64,000 nucleotides of DNA from an uncultured Sulfolobales archaeon. Its GTDB lineage: Archaea > Thermoproteota > Thermoprotei_A > Sulfolobales > NBVN01. This document shows positions 60,441-64,000 of the stretch, piece after piece (position 1 is the first letter of the stretch; every line of letters begins with the position of its first letter). The position numbers and the translations under genes are program-made. Under the pieces are notes generated by a model. The model was not told the DNA's origin, ran no database searches, and saw nothing but the letters and a program-made list of their open reading frames with translations. The stretch spans positions 76,720 to 140,719 of the forward strand of contig CALIKV010000010.1 of the NCBI GenBank assembly GCA_938017505.1, read 5' to 3'.

Positions 60441-60525
60441 TGCGGGGGGTGGGATTTGAACCCACGCAGGCCTACGCCATCAGGGCCTAAGCCTGACCCC
60501 TTTGACCTGGCTCGGGCACCCCCGC
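60441..60525 (-). tRNA. tRNA-Leu(TAG)
   Basis: GCGGGGG/CCCCCGC acceptor, TCAGG-CT-TAG-GC-CCTGA, long variable arm, GGTTCAAATCC; CCA not encoded. Confidence 0.97.
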
Positions 60526-60660
60526 ACCAATAACTATTAAGGGTTCTGGTATTAAAAGAATTACCCGTTTTCTTCAGCGATGTGCTTATTACGGTTTTCA
60601 CGTTGTTTTGATTATAGGTGTTTGGATCGGTGGTTCACTGCCTGATATGTTGCGTGGTGA

Positions 60661-61851
60661 GTGGTGATGAGCTCTAGCGTTCCTGAGTGTTTAGTTAGGA
60701 CGTTATTTAGCGAGGTCGCGGAGGGGTTGCCCTGTTTCTGTCTTGAGAGGTGGCAAAGCTTGCACGAAACTAGAGTCAAAGTTCTGCTTAGTGAGAGCGG
60801 TGTACAACCTCTCACGGTTTACGAACTTGCTGAGTACGGCGTTGACCTGAGGAAGGTCTTGAGTCTAGAGGTGGGTTACGGGTGGACTAAGGGCTCACCA
60901 GAGCTTAGAGAGAGGGTCTCCGAACTCTACGGCAGGACCGTCGACGCTGAGGGTGTCGTGGTAACTAACGGCTCTGCTGAAGCCAATCTAGTTGCTTTGC
61001 TGAGCACGGTTAAGCCGGGGGATAAAGTCCTAGTTGACATGCCCAACTATATGCAGGTTCCCGGGCTGCTTAAGTGGGTTAAGGCTCACGTCATACCGCT
61101 ATGGAGAAGCCCACCAGCTTGGAGGTTCCCGTTAGGGGAGGCTCTTGAGCTTATGAGAAGACACAGACCTAAAGCCCTCTTCGTCAACGACCCGAACAAC
61201 CCGACCGGCACCATCATGAGTGAGAGAGAGCTGGACGAGCTTGCTCAAGAAGCTGAAAGTGTAGGAACCCTAATGGTGTTCGATGAAGTGTATTGGGGGT
61301 CTGAACTACAGGGATCAAGACCGAGTATATTAGAGGTTGCCGGTGCTGAACACGCTCTCTCCGTGTCGGGGCTCTCCAAGGTGTACGGGTTGCCTGGCTT
61401 AAGGATAGGATGGGTAGCGGGTAATAGAGAGACGGCGAATAAGTCGTGGAGCGTGAAAGACTACATCACTATAGCCCCTTCAGTGCTGAGCGACTACGTG
61501 GCCTCAGTCATGCTCGAGTCAGGAAACGTGGAGAGACTCAGAGAGAGAGCTAGGAGGATAGTCAAGAGCAACTTAGAAACTCTTAAAGAGGCACTTGCTT
61601 CGGGGGAGGGGGTTATCGAGCCTTACTGGCCTGAGGCCGGGGCGTATCTGTTGGCTAGGATACCGTGGAGTGGCGACACGTTAGCAGTTTCATACAAGCT
61701 CTTCACCGACTACAGTGTCTTAATTAATCCTGGCGAGTGCTTCGAGATCCCTGGATTCGTGAGGATTGGGACTGGACAGAACCCGTCAAAGTACGGCAGG
61801 AGCGTTCAGGCATTAATTAACGCGTTAAGAGACATCGTTAACGTCCATTGA
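60661..61851 (+). CDS. PLP-dependent class I/II aminotransferase (start probably TTG 60727)
   Basis: TNGSAEAN, PNNPTG, DEVY, GLSKVYGLPGLRIGW. Confidence 0.92.
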   Translation: MVMSSSVPECLVRTLFSEVAEGLPCFCLERWQSLHETRVKVLLSESGVQPLTVYELAEYGVDLRKVLSLEVGYGWTKGSPELRERVSELYGRTVDAEGVVVTNGSAEANLVALLSTVKPGDKVLVDMPNYMQVPGLLKWVKAHVIPLWRSPPAWRFPLGEALELMRRHRPKALFVNDPNNPTGTIMSERELDELAQEAESVGTLMVFDEVYWGSELQGSRPSILEVAGAEHALSVSGLSKVYGLPGLRIGWVAGNRETANKSWSVKDYITIAPSVLSDYVASVMLESGNVERLRERARRIVKSNLETLKEALASGEGVIEPYWPEAGAYLLARIPWSGDTLAVSYKLFTDYSVLINPGECFEIPGFVRIGTGQNPSKYGRSVQALINALRDIVNVH

Positions 61852-62640
61852 TTGAGTCTGGTGTTGTATGTGATGTTGTTCTTTTTAGCCCCGTTGATAG
61901 GACTTATGGCGGGCGTGCTTGGCTCCATGTTTGGGCTTGGAGGCGGGTTTCTGATGATTCCGTTGTTGAACATCGCCGGCGTCGATATGAAGGTGGCGAT
62001 AGGCACCTCGGCTAGCGCTATATTCTTCAACATGCTTTCATCAACCATAGCTTACTCGAGATATAAATACGTGGTTTACAGGGCAGGTCTCTTCATATCC
62101 GTAACTGCTGTTGTGACGGCGTACTTCGGCGCTCAACTAACTAGGATCCTAAACGCCGACGTGTTGAGAGTGTTGTTCGGGGCAGTGCTCATCTTAGTAG
62201 GGTTGAGGATCTACGCTGGTAAGGAGGGCAAGGAGCGAGATGCCAGACGAGATATGAACTGGGACTCAAGCACTTACGCGAAGCTCTTATTGGGGGGGTG
62301 TTTAGGAGGGTTCGTAGCTGGGCTTCTCGGGGTCGGTGGTGGGGTTGTTAATGTTCCTCTGCTCACGATGCTGGGTTTCACGATACATCACGCCGTAGCT
62401 ACCTCGTCGATGGCGATCACCGTAACGTCCATTACCTCAGCCCTCACACACTACACACTAGGTAATGTCGACCTGCAACTCCTAGCTCTCCTGACACCCT
62501 CGTTGATTGTTGGGGCTCAGGTAGGCGCGTTGATAGCAAAGAAGACGAAATCGAGAACGCTTAGGAAGGGCTTCGCGATCACGCTCTGGTTCGTCTCCTT
62601 GAGAATGCTGCTTAAAGGCATCGGATTACTCGTGCCTTAG
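61852..62640 (+). CDS. TauE/SafE (TSUP) family transporter
   Basis: duplicated GLGGG/GVGGG motifs, AIGTS/AVATS. Confidence 0.9.
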   Translation: MSLVLYVMLFFLAPLIGLMAGVLGSMFGLGGGFLMIPLLNIAGVDMKVAIGTSASAIFFNMLSSTIAYSRYKYVVYRAGLFISVTAVVTAYFGAQLTRILNADVLRVLFGAVLILVGLRIYAGKEGKERDARRDMNWDSSTYAKLLLGGCLGGFVAGLLGVGGGVVNVPLLTMLGFTIHHAVATSSMAITVTSITSALTHYTLGNVDLQLLALLTPSLIVGAQVGALIAKKTKSRTLRKGFAITLWFVSLRMLLKGIGLLVP

Positions 62641-62665
62641 CACGTAAGAAAAGACTTAAAGATTA

Positions 62666-63562
62666 GTGATTAACTTGATCACCGAAGTCGTTGTGATGAT
62701 GTTTGGGATCATCGTGCTCGGCATGTCGATTAACAGCCTTGCCAAGCGAATCCCACTATACAACTCGGCAGTCGAGTTATTGGTAGGCTTCGTCTACTGG
62801 ATCCTAATACCCTTAACGTTCTTTAAGACGTTCAGCGAGAGGGGGTTAGAGCTTTCAGATTTTTGGATACTCACGTCGTTCCTGGTCTTCATGATAATCA
62901 CCTTCATAGCCCTGTACAGGGCTCGACGCTACGAGGAGCGTGGAGTTAGGGAGGCTGTCTTCCTAAGCTCTGTTTTCCCGAACGCGGTCTTCCTAGGGTT
63001 TCCAATCAGCATGGCGTTCTTCAACACCTTAGAGGTCGCCTCAGTGTTCGGGCTCTTCACAGTGACCCTCAACGTCGTGATACCTGACTTAATGATCGCT
63101 AAAAGGACTGCTGCGGTCAGGCTCTTGAGGCACCCGGCCTTAATAGGATTTATTGCTGGGATCCTTTTCCACAGCACCAACCCGGAGTACGTTACAGTGG
63201 TTTCCGAGCGCCTAGGTTGGGTAACCCCGCTGCTCAGCTACTCCTCCACCCTGGTTCTCGGTCTAAGATTACCGCTCTCCCTCAGCCCCGTTAGGAAGTA
63301 CTTAAGGGTAATAGCCGTAGTTGCGTTATTCAGGTTCGCCGTACATCCACTAGTAAGTCTACTCACAACGCAGCTCTTCAACATCCCCTGGGTCAAGGGA
63401 GTCCAGTTGGCGTTGCTCTCGGCAATGCCGCCCGCTCTCATAAACACGATCATATCTGAAAGATATGATTGGAAGCCTGAGTTGGTCTCAACAACTACAG
63501 TAACGTTAACCGTGCTTAGTTTAATAGCGTTAACGGTGCTTAGCTATCTAGTACGGAGTTGA
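62666..63562 (+). CDS. AEC-family membrane transporter
   Basis: FPNAVFLGFP, SAMPPA motifs, about 10 TM segments. Confidence 0.85.
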   Translation: MINLITEVVVMMFGIIVLGMSINSLAKRIPLYNSAVELLVGFVYWILIPLTFFKTFSERGLELSDFWILTSFLVFMIITFIALYRARRYEERGVREAVFLSSVFPNAVFLGFPISMAFFNTLEVASVFGLFTVTLNVVIPDLMIAKRTAAVRLLRHPALIGFIAGILFHSTNPEYVTVVSERLGWVTPLLSYSSTLVLGLRLPLSLSPVRKYLRVIAVVALFRFAVHPLVSLLTTQLFNIPWVKGVQLALLSAMPPALINTIISERYDWKPELVSTTTVTLTVLSLIALTVLSYLVRS

Positions 63563-63572
63563 ACCGCAAAAC

Positions 63573-64000
63573 TTACTTGGACACGGCCTGCTTTATCTCC
63601 TCCACTTTATCCCTGCGTACAGTCAGTACGGGTTTCTCCGGCAGTATTCCCTGAGGTCTGAACAAGACTATGGTCACTATAACTAGACCGACCAGTATAT
63701 ACTCCAACCACTCAGGACTTATCGGTATCACTAATGACAGCAAGTCCTTGTACGTGTATATTAAGGTTCTAACTATGGTGAACACGGTGATCCCTAGTAG
63801 GATGCCTAGGTTATTAGCTACGCCTCCCAGCATCATGTACGCCCAAGGCCAGAAGGTCCACGTTAGCCTCGTGTACGTGTAGGCTTTCATGCTTCCAGTG
63901 AATATGGCCCAGAGGGCTCCTCCAATAGCCGCTATAGAGCCTCCGATGATTAAGGTTTGTTTTTTAAGCTTTACTATGTCCTTCCCGTAAACGCTTGCAG
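63573..64000 (-). CDS. livM: branched-chain amino acid ABC permease (LivM-like), 5'-truncated by window
   Basis: frame open to window end; LGG..N..G, FRPQGILPE. Confidence 0.85.
   Translation of the reverse strand, partial: ASVYGKDIVKLKKQTLIIGGSIAAIGGALWAIFTGSMKAYTYTRLTWTFWPWAYMMLGGVANNLGILLGITVFTIVRTLIYTYKDLLSLVIPISPEWLEYILVGLVIVTIVLFRPQGILPEKPVLTVRRDKVEEIKQAVSK

Noticed and set aside
60268..60465. Two 63-aa ORFs
   Set aside because: Overlap tRNA-Leu; no protein features
1512..63882. Many 60-156-aa ORFs nested in or antisense to confident genes
   Set aside because: Shadow ORFs on other frames or strands, without motifs
1..64000. CRISPR array, cas genes, rRNA, integrase or transposase
   Set aside because: No regularly spaced repeats or diagnostic motifs seen

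Overview
Archaeal chromosomal segment with Thermoproteota (crenarchaeal, Desulfurococcales-like) character: short XPF with a C-terminal PCNA-box-like motif, EF-2 away from the ribosomal protein genes, and many apparently leaderless genes. It is mostly housekeeping: H+-PPase, EF-2, the exosome/proteasome superoperon (psmA-SBDS-rrp4-rrp41-rrp42-rpl37ae-Brix-pcc1-pfdB-DHH-xpf), endonuclease IV, the archaeal CoA pathway (coaBC, PoK, PPS, panB, panE), AglB, TBP, MTAP and peptide ABC transporters. It also has three tRNA loci and a decayed accessory island beside tRNA-Arg(CCG). The most notable signals are non-coding. (1) The initiator tRNA-Met is interrupted by 147 nt that contain a well-placed BRE/TATA promoter for the 3' half and 13-bp complementary arms, so it looks like a co-linear, recently split (trans-spliced) tRNA. 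(2) Several ORF-poor intergenic segments (about 8.8-9.05, 9.8-9.93, 23.5-23.9, 39.9-40.1 and 46.5-46.7 kb) each sit behind a TATA box and fold into extensive helices, pseudoknots or K-turns, yet lack SRP and RNase P signatures. They are candidate unannotated structured RNAs, and two lie next to similar small thioredoxin-like genes. All folds were found by eye, not computed, and no database searches were run.
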